Positions 37,073 through 50,608 are shown, numbered from the whole stretch's first letter. The stretch: DNA of 63,659 bases, filler included, from Neoconidiobolus thromboides FSU 785 (GCA_025603075.1; 6 parts of 6 records of this genome joined end to end with filler, not necessarily neighbours in it); one strand, 5' to 3'. A program made the numbers and translations. Notes: generated from the sequence alone by a model not told the origin.

Positions 37073-38444
37073 ATGGATAGTAAAAAACAAAAGGAAGAGA
37101 TAAATAAAAAATTAGAATTAATAAAAGAATGTATTAAATTATTAACTTATCAACGAGAACAAGCAGAAAAAGACATTGCTTTTATTAGTAATAAAAGGGA
37201 ATATATACTATCCAATCCAATAGATTATTTAATTAATTTAGATAATAATAAAGAAGAATTAATGCCAAAAAGACAAAAGATAATTGCAGTGCCTAATATT
37301 AATCAAGATAATCAGTTAAGTTGGCTATTTAATCGTAATAACTTTACTAATCAATATTAATAATCAATATTAATCTTTTTATTTATACAGCCAACGAAAC
37401 AACAACTGAAGAGACAAGAAGCATAAATACAACAATTAATACTAATAATACAATAACTACAGCTATTCCGACTGAAGAAATACCAATGGAACCAGTTTCC
37501 TTAACCTATAATTTACCTTGGAATGAAGAAGAAAATAGAAAATTATTAGAGTTATTACAAGTATATCCACCAGAAGAAGTGGCATTTTATAGATATGAAA
37601 AAATATCTAAAGTAATGGTAACTAGGAGTGCTAAACAGGTAATATATATCATCTTTTATTTTTATTTGTTTAATATTATTAGATTCAATCAAGAATTCAA
37701 AAATTAACGAATACAACTGGTAATGCTAAAGAGTTAGATCCTTATATTAAAAAAGTACAAGCTTTATTAAAAATTAAAAAAAGAAGGGGATGGGGTAGTA
37801 AATCAGATAATAAAAATAAAACCAAATCAGTAAATTCAATTAAAAATGAAAAAGAAGAAAAAAGGTAAATTAATTATAATAAGTTAATATTAACATAATA
37901 TAATAAATTAATCTGAACTTATAATAGAAAAGATACTGGATTTCGGTTATTAAATACACCCTTAGTTTATATGTCTGATGATGATACAGAAGAAGCAAAA
38001 AATAAAATCAAGAATAATAAATTAAATTTTTTGTCCAAACTAAATGAATTACCAACTACAACACCGTCAACTATCCATTCGAATTCACCACAAAATTCCA
38101 TCCATTCGAATTCTAATGATATTGCTATTCATTTAGGCATTAAAGTAAGTTTAATTTTATATAATATTATAATATTATAAGATTAATCTTTATTCCCAAT
38201 ATAGTGTAACAACTGTAATATCCAGCCAATTGTTGGAACTCGATGGAAATGTATTGAATGTAAACAAATGGAAATTAATTTATGTGATAAATGTATTATA
38301 AAAGGAGAAATTAATATCAACTCACACTTAAAAGAGCATCGATTAGAAAAATATTTATTGTATGAAAATAATCAATTTTTAGATTCAGATTATAATCATA
38401 ACATTCCAGACAATTTAGATAAAAACTATTTATCTACTTGGTAA
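37073..38444 (+). CDS. ZZZ3: SANT/Myb + ZZ zinc-finger protein, ZZZ3 homolog, ~5 exons
   Basis: WNEEENRKLLELLQVYPPEEVAFYRYEKISKVMVTRSAKQ|IQSRIQK (human [42 protein letters not shown]); HLGIK|CNNCNIQPIVGTRWKCIEC..NLCDKC..H..H; FLDSDY..LDKNY. Confidence 0.85.
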
Positions 38445-38599
38445 AGAATAAAGTAGGAACAGAAAAAGGAATTAAAGAGTGTATAGAGAAGGTAAAGAGT
38501 GGGTTTGTTATAGAGTTGTTAATAAATTATATGCTTGTTTTGTAAATGAATTTTTTGGTTTAATTGTTGTTTAGTTGAAGTCAAGTTTAATATTTTTTT

Positions 38600-39770
38600 A
38601 GACTGACCTTAACATGAATTAAAGATGTTATAATAATCTATAATATTGGGACATTATTAACTGATAGTATAATATAATAAAAGCAGATTGCTCATAGGAT
38701 TATATTTCAGTTTTTTACCATACTTTGATTCTGATTAATAAAGTAGATTATTAAATAAAGTATGGCTAAACGCTATACTCCAATGAAATTTTAAATTAGT
38801 TGGATTTTTAATATTGGATAATAATAATCTATATTGATACGAATAATTAATGAAATCCCTAGAAAAAAAGCATCCTATATACTTTTGGTATAATTGATTT
38901 TCGTAATTACTTTTTTTATTATTCTACTTGACCTTCAAATAATTAGCATATTTCAAATTTGAGTCCTTTGGGATGGCTGTAATTAAAGGAATATTGAATC
39001 ATCTTTCAGGTACCAGTAAATTACACTTACCTATATCATGTAAAGAACGGAATAAAGTATCAATGTATATACTATGGGAAAATATCAATGTAGATACTTA
39101 CAGCTATAATTATATTAGAAAAGTGGAAAAAGCGCTTATAACATATGAGCATATTAAATGTTAATAAACAGTATATCTAAATTGTATAAAGCTTTATTTA
39201 CTTTTAAATAGATACTTGAGAACTGAAGAAAACTTAATAGATATTTCTTTAGTAGGGACTCTCTTCAAGAATAAAACTAGTGGAATTCTCCAAGCGAAGA
39301 ATATATAGCTGATAACGGAATAGATACTGAGGAGATATTTCAAAGCTTAAAGCAACTAAAGCTTTGGAATATTGATAGTTATTTTATAGTATCAATAATA
39401 TGGATTTTGCCATCAACTATAAATTGTTAACCGTTAAAAGTAATTGTATTAATAAAATCCTGTTTCAAAAAACTACTTAATAAGTTTTCTAACTTCAAGG
39501 TACTTCAATTGATTAAAGTTAGTTTTGAATTAGAGGAATTCAAATACTTGATAAATAAATAGTTTTCAAAACTACAAGGTTGAAAATTATTTAGATTAAG
39601 ATAAGAGGCTTGGGTTCCAGAGTTATTTATAACTTTATCGGGCTATCCCAGGCTTGAATATTTTTCTTCTGAAACTTTTTATTTTATATTAGTACTTGAT
39701 GGAGTGTCCAACCTAAAAGAGTTAATATTAGTAAGATCTAATCTAATTAGAGTGAGTATAAACAATAAAC
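38600..39770 (+). pseudogene. Heavily decayed LRR-like (probably F-box/LRR) gene, ending at a MITE
   Basis: Fragments such as FSNFKVLQLIKVSF, YPRLEYFSS, VSNLKELILVRSNL among many stops. Confidence 0.45.
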
Positions 39771-39866
39771 TTGGATGTCTTTTTGGCTTCATCACTTTTT
39801 CTATCTTTTAAGCGCTATTTAAACGGAAAAATCGTTAGTAAAATTATTAAATATAAATACATCCCC
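39771..39866 (+). mobile_element. MITE copy
   Basis: Core consensus; ends ACATCCCC. Confidence 0.9.
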
Positions 39867-40181
39867 GAATGGTTTCCGAAATTAAACCAACTGCATTTAT
39901 TTTTTATAGTAATATACTATTGAAACCTTTTTTTATTCAATATTCAATATCCCAACGATCATACACCTACCATTACAGCTGTATAATAAAGCTGTGATAC
40001 TTTTGATTGAAGAACTTTATCCAGAAAAATATAACAATATAATTAGGTCGTATGTTAGAGAATTGATATCATATATATCATGTCCTATTTTATACAATCC
40101 CAAAGTAATAAATTATTAGTATATTATTGATCTAAAATTCCTAAATCATAAAATGGAAGATGTTTTCAACTTAAATGGTAT

Positions 40182-40278
40182 GGGGATATATTTTTGTGTT
40201 TAAGAATTTCACTAACAAAATTTCCGCTTAAATAGCACTTAAAAAATGGAAAAAATAATGAAGTTAAAAAACACTCCC
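40182..40278 (-). mobile_element. MITE copy
   Basis: GGGGATAT start; core consensus. Confidence 0.9.
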
Positions 40279-40937
40279 AATATATTGTTTAAGAATTCTT
40301 GTTGTTATAATTCAAGTACTATGGCGGACTTTACTTTAAAGCATTTTAAAAATAGGCTCATTTTAATCTAAAAAATGTGAAAATTGTATAATATTAGAAT
40401 ATATTGATGATTCTAGGTTTCATTTTAAAGGTCATTAAATAAAGTTTGATATCGATTTATATCTTTTATTTAACTTTTTTATTTTTATAATCAACATCTT
40501 AGAAAAAAGTTCCTAAATACTACTTTTATTTAAATAATTTCTTCTTACCTGATTCTGATTTTGCTTTTATCAGACTTTTATATAAAAAAATAATAGTTCG
40601 GATTTTATTAATTACTGTATTTTTTATTAAATGCAAACTTTAAAATATTCATTAGAATCATTACTAATTAACTTTTTTACATTTTAAATGCAAACTAATT
40701 TTCAGTATAAGTTTTAAAAAAAACGATATTTAATAATATTAGTATAGTAAGTAGTATTATTAAAAGTTTTAAAACCTTTTATTAAAACTATAATGTTTCT
40801 TAATTAAAAAAATATAACTGTACTAATTGCTTTTATTTTTTGTTTATTTTACAAGCTTATAACTCTAAAAATAATTTTAAATTATATTAAAAACTTTTTA
40901 CAGATTTTTAAGAAAAAAAATTAATTTTTTAAAATAT

Positions 40938-41035
40938 GGGGATGTTTTTTTTGATTTCATTACTTTTCCATTTTTTAAGCGCTATTTGAGTAGAAAGATT
41001 GTTAGTAAAATTCTTAAACACAAAAAAACACCCCC
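40938..41035 (+). mobile_element. MITE copy
   Basis: TSD ATAT/ATAT. Confidence 0.95.
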
Positions 41036-41663
41036 ATATTCTAAAGTAAGTAGTCCAGTCCGCTCTTTTAATTTTATAATTAATGTTACTATTCAACGTC
41101 TTTAATACTATTTTACGAACATTGATTTTTTTTAAAGTACATGTTTTTAAAAATAAGTTTTGTACATATTTAAGTAATTTTATTAATATAGCCTAATGTA
41201 TAATAATATAAAATATTTATTATGCAGTAAATATTACTAAAAGTAATTTTAGTAAAACTACTTTTTAATTTTTAACTTTTTCCTCTTTTTTATTTTTATT
41301 TTTATTTTTATTTCGTTTTATTTTTTTAAGCTTGTATTTAAGCATTTTTGTCTTCTAAATTTCAAAATTATCGCTTAATTATTATGAGTTAGTAAATTTA
41401 AATATATTTGGCTTTTTAAGTATCTTTTAATATGTTATTATGTAGAAAGTTTTATTAATCAATACAATAATTTTTTTCAAATTCATCTTTTATATTATTC
41501 TGATTTTACAAAACTTTAAATTAAAGATTAATATAGCTTTAAGTCACTAAATAATAGTACAACAATAAGTATAAAATTAGTAAATTTAAGCTTTATTTTA
41601 TATAAAAATTAAAAAGGTACAAAACTAATTAATTTTAAATCAGTAAACTGTTATTTATTTTAG

Positions 41664-41761
41664 AATGTCTTGGATTTTTTATATTTACAAAGGTTTTTTT
41701 AATTTAATCAATTTGAGTGAAAAAATTATTAATAAAATTCTTAAATACAAAAATACATCCC
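41664..41761 (+). mobile_element. Degenerate MITE copy
   Basis: Right half ATTTGAGTG..AAAATTCTTAAATACAAAAATACATCCC intact. Confidence 0.75.
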
Positions 41762-41905
41762 TATATTTTAAAGGCTATTTTTACTTTTCCTGTCTTATTT
41801 TAATTAGCTTTTTAGCTTATCTTTTTTATGTTAATAAAAATATAAAAGTTTTGTTTTAAATTTAAAAAAATTAATCATTTAAATAATTAACTTAAAACAC
41901 CATTT

Positions 41906-42004
41906 AGAGATGTTTTTCTGTGTTTAAGAATTTTACTAACAATCTTTCTACTCAAATAGTACTTAAAAAATGGAAAAAGTAATGAAACCAAAAAAAACAT
42001 CCCC
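41906..42004 (-). mobile_element. MITE copy
   Basis: TSD ATTT/ATTT. Confidence 0.93.
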
Positions 42005-42215
42005 ATTTATTAATAACATAATAAAATTAAGATTAAAATTAAAATCAAAATTAAAATCAAAATTTACTCCCAGGATAAATAATATAATAAATAAAAAACA
42101 ATACATATATATTGTTTAAATTAGATAAGATTTTTAAATAAATGAAATCAATAATTTATTAGAATAAATAGCTTTTAAAATGTAAAAAATGTATTTAAAA
42201 GCTGTTTATTTTTGG

Positions 42216-42680
42216 TGTGAAATCTGATACTCAGCAGTTGTTGAGATTGAAGGTACTTTTTATTCAACTAACTAGTCGTAAGTCGAAATTTCTTAGTTTA
42301 TATAACTAAGATAGACTTGAATTATGAAGAATAGTATGTAATAGGGTACAGGCTATGTAAGACAAATACAATAGACAATACTACTGTAAAATCTACGTAA
42401 AACACTACTAGAAAGATTAGTGGCTTTATTAAGATACAATATCAGGGAATAATTCAGTTAAAAAGTTTCGAGTTATTATATTCTAAAATCTCTTATATAC
42501 TCCAGTAAGTATGGATACCAAAGTGAAGAGATAACATCTCTCAGAGTTATATGATAGAAATTACCATAACAAACCAAAATAAAAGCCTCGGAATTGATGG
42601 TGCCTAAACTCGAGAACACAACAACTTAGGTGATTATTATGGTATAACCAACCATAGAGCTGACAAAGCGATATTTCACA
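42216..42680 (+). mobile_element. ~465-bp TGT...ACA repeat (solo-LTR-like), copy 3, more diverged
   Basis: TGTGAAAT...ATTTCACA. Confidence 0.75.
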
Positions 42681-43026
42681 TAAGCTACAAACTATACAAA
42701 ACAAATAAGATAAAAACTATAATTTGGTTTTTTTGAAAGAACTACTTGTTAATTTGTAAGGATAGTAAAGTTAAAAGAGTTTAGCTATATAAAAACAAGT
42801 TCAAGTTATAGCTCAATTAAGCCTTTATAGATTGGTTACAATTTGATTAAAAGGATTAAAGCTTTATAGGGTTAAGAAAGTTTCAAAAGCTTTTTGAAGC
42901 TAAGTAAGCAAGTATAAAATATTAAGTAATAAATAAACTAATAAGTATTATTAAAATATTAGTCATAGTATATTTAAATTTTTGGAAATAGTTACGTTGT
43001 CTCTTGTAAATAGTAAATTATTCTAT

Positions 43027-43126
43027 NNNNNNNNNNNNNNNNNNNNNNNNNNNNNNNNNNNNNNNNNNNNTTAATTAATTAANNNNNNNNNNNNNNNNNN
43101 NNNNNNNNNNNNNNNNNNNNNNNNNN
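43027..43126. other. Assembly gap with linker
   Basis: 44 N + TTAATTAATTAA + 44 N. Confidence 0.97.
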
Positions 43127-43723
43127 TTTATTACTATTACTTGTTTTTGAATAATCATATTGATTTCTATTTATATTAAACCCAAAACTCTTACATTCAT
43201 CAAAAGAATATACTGAAGCTATAGTTGATAATAACGCTACTTGCTGATTTTTATTTCCTGTTTTCCTTAAAACACTAATTTTATACATTACTTGATTAAG
43301 TTTATTATTATTATTATTGATAGTAAACTTTGATAATATGTCTTTTCTTTGTTTTGTTTTATTATAAAATTCCATAAACCTTGGGTTGTTATAAGTAGCT
43401 CTTAAAATTGATGTAAATGAATTACAATGTTTACATTGTGTACTCCTCCCTATTGTATTGAAATTCTGAAAAATTCATTTCGAAGTTTGGTTATGAAAGT
43501 TTGCATTTTATTTTTATTTCTATTTCAACAAAAAATAAAGTCAAATAAATGTATTTATATAACTAGGAAGATTAGCTATTTAAGAAAAGGAAACAATTAA
43601 AATAAGTTTTAAATAGAGAGATTTAATTTTAGCTTTTTAGATTTAACCGTTATATTGGATACAAACTTGAAATTTAAAATTTGGATTAATTTCTAAGTAG
43701 ATTCTGAAACCAATTAGGACAGC
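43127..43723 (-). mobile_element. Family R element: ~350-bp leader plus start of an ORF (ATG 43375) running into the gap; candidate transposase
   Basis: 43379-43723 aligns with 9716-10079 and 52957-53368; ORF ..KNQQVALLSTIASVYSFDECKSFGFNINRNQYDYSK has a decayed second copy at 49996-50300. Confidence 0.6.
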
Positions 43724-44220
43724 TTCAAGTAGTATTTTGAGATATAAAAAGGATTTATTAATTGACTATATGGACAAAAGTAATAATATAAATAATGAAC
43801 AATACGTTAATATATTAGAAAAATTAGAAAATTAAGAGCATTTTTATTGCCATGGATAATCCAACAGCTCACATTCTGTAACTTTTCACAAGTTCTATTA
43901 AAATGAATAAACTTCAATTGATAGCGAGAGCCCCTTACCCAGCCCATATTCTAGACCTCCAGGTCCAAAAAGTGGCTAATCGCTCTGTTTCTAAAATCAA
44001 AAAAGCTTTCTGGAATGTAAAAGCTTTATAATAACAAAGAGATATAAAAGTAGATCTTTTTTGACTTTGACATTAAAAAAAGTATTGATTTCTTTATAAA
44101 GAAAGGAATTCATAACTTAGAAGATCAAGGAAATGTTTAGAATGTTTAGACCTCAAAAGACATTAAATATTGAAAAAAGTACTAATATATAATAAATAAT
44201 CTTTGATTTAAAACTTTCTG

Positions 44221-44297
44221 ACTTTTTTTCTATCTTTTAAGTGCCATTTAAAGTGGAAAATTTGTTAGTAAAATTCTTGAACACAAAAATACATCCT
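44221..44297 (+). mobile_element. Partial MITE copy
   Basis: Right three quarters of consensus. Confidence 0.75.
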
Positions 44298-44647
44298 GAT
44301 ATTTTAAATCCAGTTTTTATATCACCACTATGTATCACAACACCTCAATAGTATTAAAATTCATAAATAGCAAACAAGATATGCATAGATGACTATATTT
44401 TAATTAATAGGATGTTTTAAACGTTTAATAACTCTTTATAAAAAATATATATGATAGGCGTATGTATAATGTTTAAAATTAAATTAACTGTGTTTTTTTA
44501 ATGCAAATAATCTGTTAAAGGGAATGGACTTTTCCCTTTAAAACTAAGCTGGTTTGTATTTGATATGAAATTATCTTTTAATTGAAATTTAATCTTAGTA
44601 TTTAATTTTATTACAGGATATATATTGATAGTTCTAATCAATATAGA

Positions 44648-44748
44648 GGGGATGCATTTTTTTGTTTAAAAATTTTACTACAATCTTTCCACCCAAACAA
44701 ATAGTGCTTGCTTGAGAAATGGAAAAATAATGAAAACTAAAACAGCCC
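44648..44748 (-). mobile_element. MITE copy (diverged)
   Basis: GGGGATGC start; core recognisable. Confidence 0.8.
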
Positions 44749-47531
44749 TATATAAAATTTAAGCTGTAAATGAGCTTTTTAGTACCATTTATTTTGCATA
44801 CAGGAGGACCCCCATGTGTTTTAACAATTCACAATGATCGTTTTAAGTTAATACAGGTATCATTTAATAGATTGATACTAATATTATAAATATATATAAA
44901 TATAAATATAATATCGAACTAACCACTTGAATACACAGAGGCATGCATGGGTAAAAATTGTTTTCTGAATTCTTTGTTAATCAAAATTCAATTACGACAA
45001 ACAAAGGCATTCCTTGAATATGGATTTAAAATAAAATAATGACAAGTGTTGATAGCTTAAAATCAGAACTTAATTATGATAAGCTCAGCTTATATATAGA
45101 ACCCAAATTAATTTAAAATACAATTATTAATAAAAGCTTTCTCTATCTATGTTATATTTAGTAGTTCGATATTATGTTAAAATCCCCAGGATTTTGAACC
45201 ATCTTTATGATAATGACCCTGAACAATTAAATGAAGTTGTTTTAAATAGATGATTTATAAAATAACTACAAACAACTAGCGATTATAAAAGTATGAATAT
45301 ATAAAACAAAAATAACAGTGATAAATCAAATAATATTAAAAAGTCAATAAAAACGTTAATTTATTAGTGGAAAAATAAATGTATTGATGATTTGAGGAAA
45401 ACGTGTAACATTGGACGATAACTTACTGCTATACTTAAAACTAATCTACCAACTCTAAGTAGAAAGTAAACCTCAAACTTCGGCTATTTCATTTGATTTT
45501 AGATAACGAACTGTCATTGAAATTTAATACAATAGAAACAAACCAATATGCTGAATTTTTCAATAAAAGGAAGGGAGAGAGAGAAAGAGGTCCATATAAG
45601 AAAAAAAGCAGTATAAATTGATAACCCATAGAGAGGAGACTATCTGATGAGATAATGTTACACTTTATATAAGTTTGATTTCTCAAATGAAAAAACCAAA
45701 GTTGCATGTTTTTGGTCAACAAAGTATATATCAACACAACCTATTTTTTGGAAACTATTTACTGCCTTTAACCCAGATTTTTTAATATAGCTAGTAATTT
45801 ACATTTAAATAATGAAGACAAAAATAATAGTTATTATCCATTAATCAAAAAAAATCCGGTCTATATTAGAGCTTTTAAATAATAAATTTATTTACTTTTA
45901 TACTCCACTCCTCCCCCTAATGATGACAATTTCTCTTGAACTTTTAATAAAGTTTAAAAGAAAGCTTAAAATGGCATATAGCTTAGCTTTCTTTCCTTTC
46001 TAAAAGGGCTTGGTTTTTGGGTATCAGATTTTATTAGGCCCTAGGGGGGAATCAAATTCAGATTAGATTATTGTCTACGTTTTAAATTTTGTTTGGCGAT
46101 CAAAACAATGTAAAAAAGCTATACTTAACTTGTTTTTTGAAAAAATAATAGTAGAGATGTGTCTCAACTTATTTCAAAAAGGGCGGATACGCATACTACA
46201 TCATATAAATGATAAATGGTATCCCCCCCTCCCCCATAGCTATTTTCGAATTTGTTAACAAACAATAATGTATACAAAAGAACTTGTATGCTAGAATATG
46301 AAAAACATCCCAAAATATTCAATTCTATCTAAGTCAAATCAAAATGATGCTGTATAGTGGATTTATGACATTGAAATGGAAGGAGGAAGAAGAGGAAGAA
46401 CAAAAAACGTTAACCCACTTAAACATCAAAACGGGAGAGTTAATAAATATTAAATATAGATATAAGAAAAAACAAAAAAGAGGGAAGTAAGTGCTGAGGA
46501 AGGTGTTAAACTATTACAAAAAAATTACAGTAAAGTTATGGTTAGCCTTAATAGTATAGCTAATTATTAGTTTGCTATCTTATAATATAAAAATCTGTAG
46601 AAGAAGGAGTATATATACTAATATATACTTCATTTAATGTATATATTGTTTGTAATACATTCTTTTTTATTTATATCCAAGTTGTTTAATTTATAAAAAT
46701 AAAACCAATATTATTTCACTTAAATTTAATATTATTGAGAATTTAATAAAGCAAACACTGTTAGTATTAACTATTAACATACAGCATCATCAATGAAGAA
46801 CTTAAAGAACCAAATAAATTACTTACCCAATTACAAAATGAAAATAAAAATAAAAGTCATTTTCTCAAAAACAAGCCAGCTAGTAAACAAAGAGAATGTG
46901 TTTTTCCCCTCATCCTAAGAAAATGAGAAGTTTATAATGCTAAAACATAAAGAGAACAACAGTATAACAAATATCAAATATGGCGAATACTAAAAATCTC
47001 ATTTTACGTGTTCATAAATGTTTGAATTTTTTATACTAGGCTTAAGTATAAAAAATAAGTCTATAATATTTTAAATTAACTTTAATGTTAAACGTTTTAT
47101 GATACAATTATCAATTTGAAGCTTATGCTTTATTAAAAAAAGTCAATTTTTCAACTCTATTTCTAATATTTATTTTTACGAAATAAATATTGATACCATT
47201 TAAAGGTCTTTTTGCTTAATTTGTCTCTCATCTTATAAATCATCTTTTTTATGTGTTATTATATAACATTATTAGATTAGAAGAAATTATTTAAGACTTA
47301 TAGTTAATATTCTAACACCTATACTCCATGTTGTTTTATTAATCTTGCACTAATTGCTTTTATAACTGCTACAAATTGATTCACATTTATATAAACTTAC
47401 AATAAGAGTCGTCTAGTAATAAAATCAATTTAAACCTTAAATTTAATCTAAAGTATAGTTTATTTTATTTATTTAGTATTTAAAAATATAAGGAGAAATT
47501 CATCAGAATTAAAAATTGAATTTCAAAATAC

Positions 47532-47626
47532 GGGAATGTTTTTGACTTTTATTACTTTCTTTATTTTTTAAGCGGTATTTCTATTTGAATGGAAAATTGT
47601 TAAAGTTAAACACAAAATACATCCCC
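47532..47626 (+). mobile_element. MITE copy
   Basis: GGGAATGT...ACATCCCC. Confidence 0.85.
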
Positions 47627-48835
47627 AAATAATGTGATTTTAAAATAAACCGATTGATTTGCAAATTTGAAATAATCTCTTTGAATTTATCTATTTATTT
47701 TTATAGAGATCACAATTATAATTAAATAAGCTGACTGTAAACAAACTAAAGAGTATCTCAAGGTTCCCCCCAGCTGCTTTTGGGAATAAAATTCCATTGT
47801 TAAAAAAAGGCTTATTATTTTGTTTAAATTTGTAAATGTATTGCGAATCACATCAACTTCTGAATTTCAGTTTTTTGATTTTTATAAGTTCAACTCTAGA
47901 CTTAATTCTATTCTAACTGTATGTATCCTTTTAAGTTTTTTAAAAACCATTTAAATTTAAAGCCTTTAAAAGCAGCATTTTAAACTTAAATTAAACACGT
48001 ATTTAATTGTCTCGCTATCAAAAATAATGTTCGTAGGTCTAAACTTTAGAGGCTTTGTAGGGTTTGCTACAAATTTTCATAATTTTTTTTCAAAATTGGC
48101 TCACGAAAGAAGCTCTTTGAGAATTATATTACTAATAAAATCATTTACATTTAATTATTAAGATACATAAACATAACAATAAATTTGAAAATCGTTTTTT
48201 TCCCAGTATTCTTTTATCTTTTTCTAATGTTAACTAAAACTTGATAACAAATAACTTTCAATTGTATATTTTCAGACCTTAAGCTTTTTTATACTTATTT
48301 TACACTAACTATTAAAAAAATTAGTTCTAATTTTTGAATGAAGGACCCTCCTCTGCATACTAAGATAAAAGTATTTAAAAAACAGTTATTTTTTAATTAC
48401 ATGATGGAAACTTTATAAAATTTAACGAACATAACTTTAATATTACATCCTCTCAATACTACTTAGGTTAGTGTTATGCGATTAGTGATTATTAAAATTT
48501 ATAAAGTTAGGTTATATTTATGTAGCAGCAGCTAAAAACTATTAAATTATTACAAAATACCCTTTACTTTTGGTAACCCTATAATGTTGCTTTATATTTT
48601 TTTTAAAATTGAAGAATATTTGAAAAATCTTTCAAAGGGTATTTTAGACATGTGTTATGGCCTTTTTAACACCATAGTTGATGTTCATAACCCCAGAGCC
48701 TAAATTTAATCATATTAAATTATAGACCTTAAAATTAATAAATAGTACATCCATCAATAATCACTTTGCAAATAATGAACTATCAGTAGATTATTGGAAT
48801 ATCGATAGAAAACGCCGCTATTAATGATGCTATAT

Positions 48836-48931
48836 AAAAAATGTGCTTTTTTGTATGAATTTTCTAGCAGTTTTTCCACTCAAATAGCGCTCTAAAATGG
48901 AAAAGATGATGATGAAATTAAAAGAACACCC
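48836..48931 (-). mobile_element. Degenerate MITE copy
   Basis: TTTTTCCACTCAAATAGCGC..TGGAAAAG core. Confidence 0.75.
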
Positions 48932-49369
48932 TTGTTTGTTACAGGCTCTTGCTTTACTATAAAGGCATATATTTATACGATATAAAAATAAAGCTTTTGG
49001 TTAATTAATTTAAGCTTAGACTTTAAATAAATAAGCCTATTAAATTATACTTTATTGTATAGTTTAATCTTGAGATGTTCTAACGTTAACATATTGATGT
49101 TAAATATTATATTAATGCAATTTTTCCTAATACAATTAATTGAGTTAATATGAACTTTTTTTATGTCACATAATTTATTTTTCCGTAGTCAATTTATCTT
49201 TGAAAACTTTAAAAGCAGTTTGATTTGTTTCAACAGCAGTTAAATGCTAAATGTGTCTAAAGTTAATACTATAAATACAAAAAAGTGTTTGTTTAACAAT
49301 AATATTAAAACTAAGATTTATCAAAAATAGGATTGATTTTCTAAGTATTCAAACCCAAGTCCAAGAAGT

Positions 49370-50310
49370 CCTTGGCCCTTGTCAAATTACCTTAGCTAGC
49401 ACACATTCTACAAATCATGCTCCATGTTCCATGCTTCCATACATTTTCATACAGGGGGGACCCCCTTTGATTTCTGCTACCATTAATTAACATTACCAAG
49501 TTAATTAAGGATGTTTGATTATCCCATTATAAAGCTTGGTGGGTTTTATATCTAGCTTTACTTGTGTATTTGAATTAGATTTATTCTTTTTTAGCATTTT
49601 ATAAAATAAAGTGGTCTGGACTTTTACTGATAATTATTTAAATTGACACGTTTTATTTTGCAAAGGAGTATAATAAACTAGTACTATAAAAATTTAAATG
49701 ATCACACAATTATTTTGTGCAAATCACATTTATTTTTTGTAACTCAATCTTTTTAATGTTTATTTTAAGTTTATATATCCTATCCCTTCACCTCTAAAAA
49801 TTTGAGCTAAAAATTGTTTTTTGTAATCCAAACTTTGAGTTAAACCCAATTCTAAGCTATTTTTTTATAGATTCTATAATTTTAATTGAAATATATCACT
49901 TTATTTTAACCTATCAGGTGTTGAATAATAATGTAGTATACTAGTATATTTAATAAAGTATAAATGCCTTTTAATACTCTGACTCTGTATTTTCATCGTT
50001 TTTTTGAATAATCATTGATTTCTATTTATATTAAATCCAAAACTTTTATATTCATAAAAAGAATATGGGAGTATTTTTTTTGGCTTTATCACTTTTTCTA
50101 TCTTTTAAGCGCTATCTATTTGAGCGAAAAATTTGTAGTAAAATTCTTAAACACAGAAATATAGCCGGCCCCATATGCTGAAGCTATAGTTAATATAACA
50201 ATAATCCTCCACTTATCGCTTTTTATTTCCTGTTTCCCTTAGAGCACTAATTTTATACATTGCTTGATTAAGTTTATTATTGTCATAGTAAATTTTAAAT
50301 AATCTTTTTT
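49370..50310 (-). pseudogene. Decayed copy of the family R ORF (transposase-like relic) with a nested MITE
   Basis: 49996-50300 aligns with 43127-43340; downstream fragment PLYENVWKHGTWSMICRMCAS (CxxC) at 49395-49458. Confidence 0.45.
50067..50172 (+). mobile_element. MITE copy at a site whose empty paralog is at 43208-43211
   Basis: TSD ATAT (50063-66)/ATAT (50173-76). Confidence 0.95.
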
Positions 50311-50608
50311 TGACGATAATCAGTTTTTATAAAAAAAACAAATATTGCTCTATTGATATACACAACTACATAGACTTGTCACCCCTCAGTTCAGTTACTT
50401 TCAACTTTAATTTATTATTTATGGTAATATTCGTGTATGTGCTTTGAAAATTTATTTATGCAAACTAAAGTTTAAAATCCATTATAGTAAACTTGTTTAA
50501 AAATAATTGGCAAAACAAACATTGTATTAAGTACTTTAGTTATTAATATTATAATCTCAATAATAATTAGAAAAAAGAGTTTACTTATTAAAAAATAAGT
50601 AGTTTAAT

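Noticed and set aside
45300-47000. Scattered protein-like snippets (e.g. EMEGGRRGRTKNVNPLKH, SIINEELKEPNKLL)
   Set aside because: Frames are short and stop-ridden with no recognisable family; not enough to call a feature.
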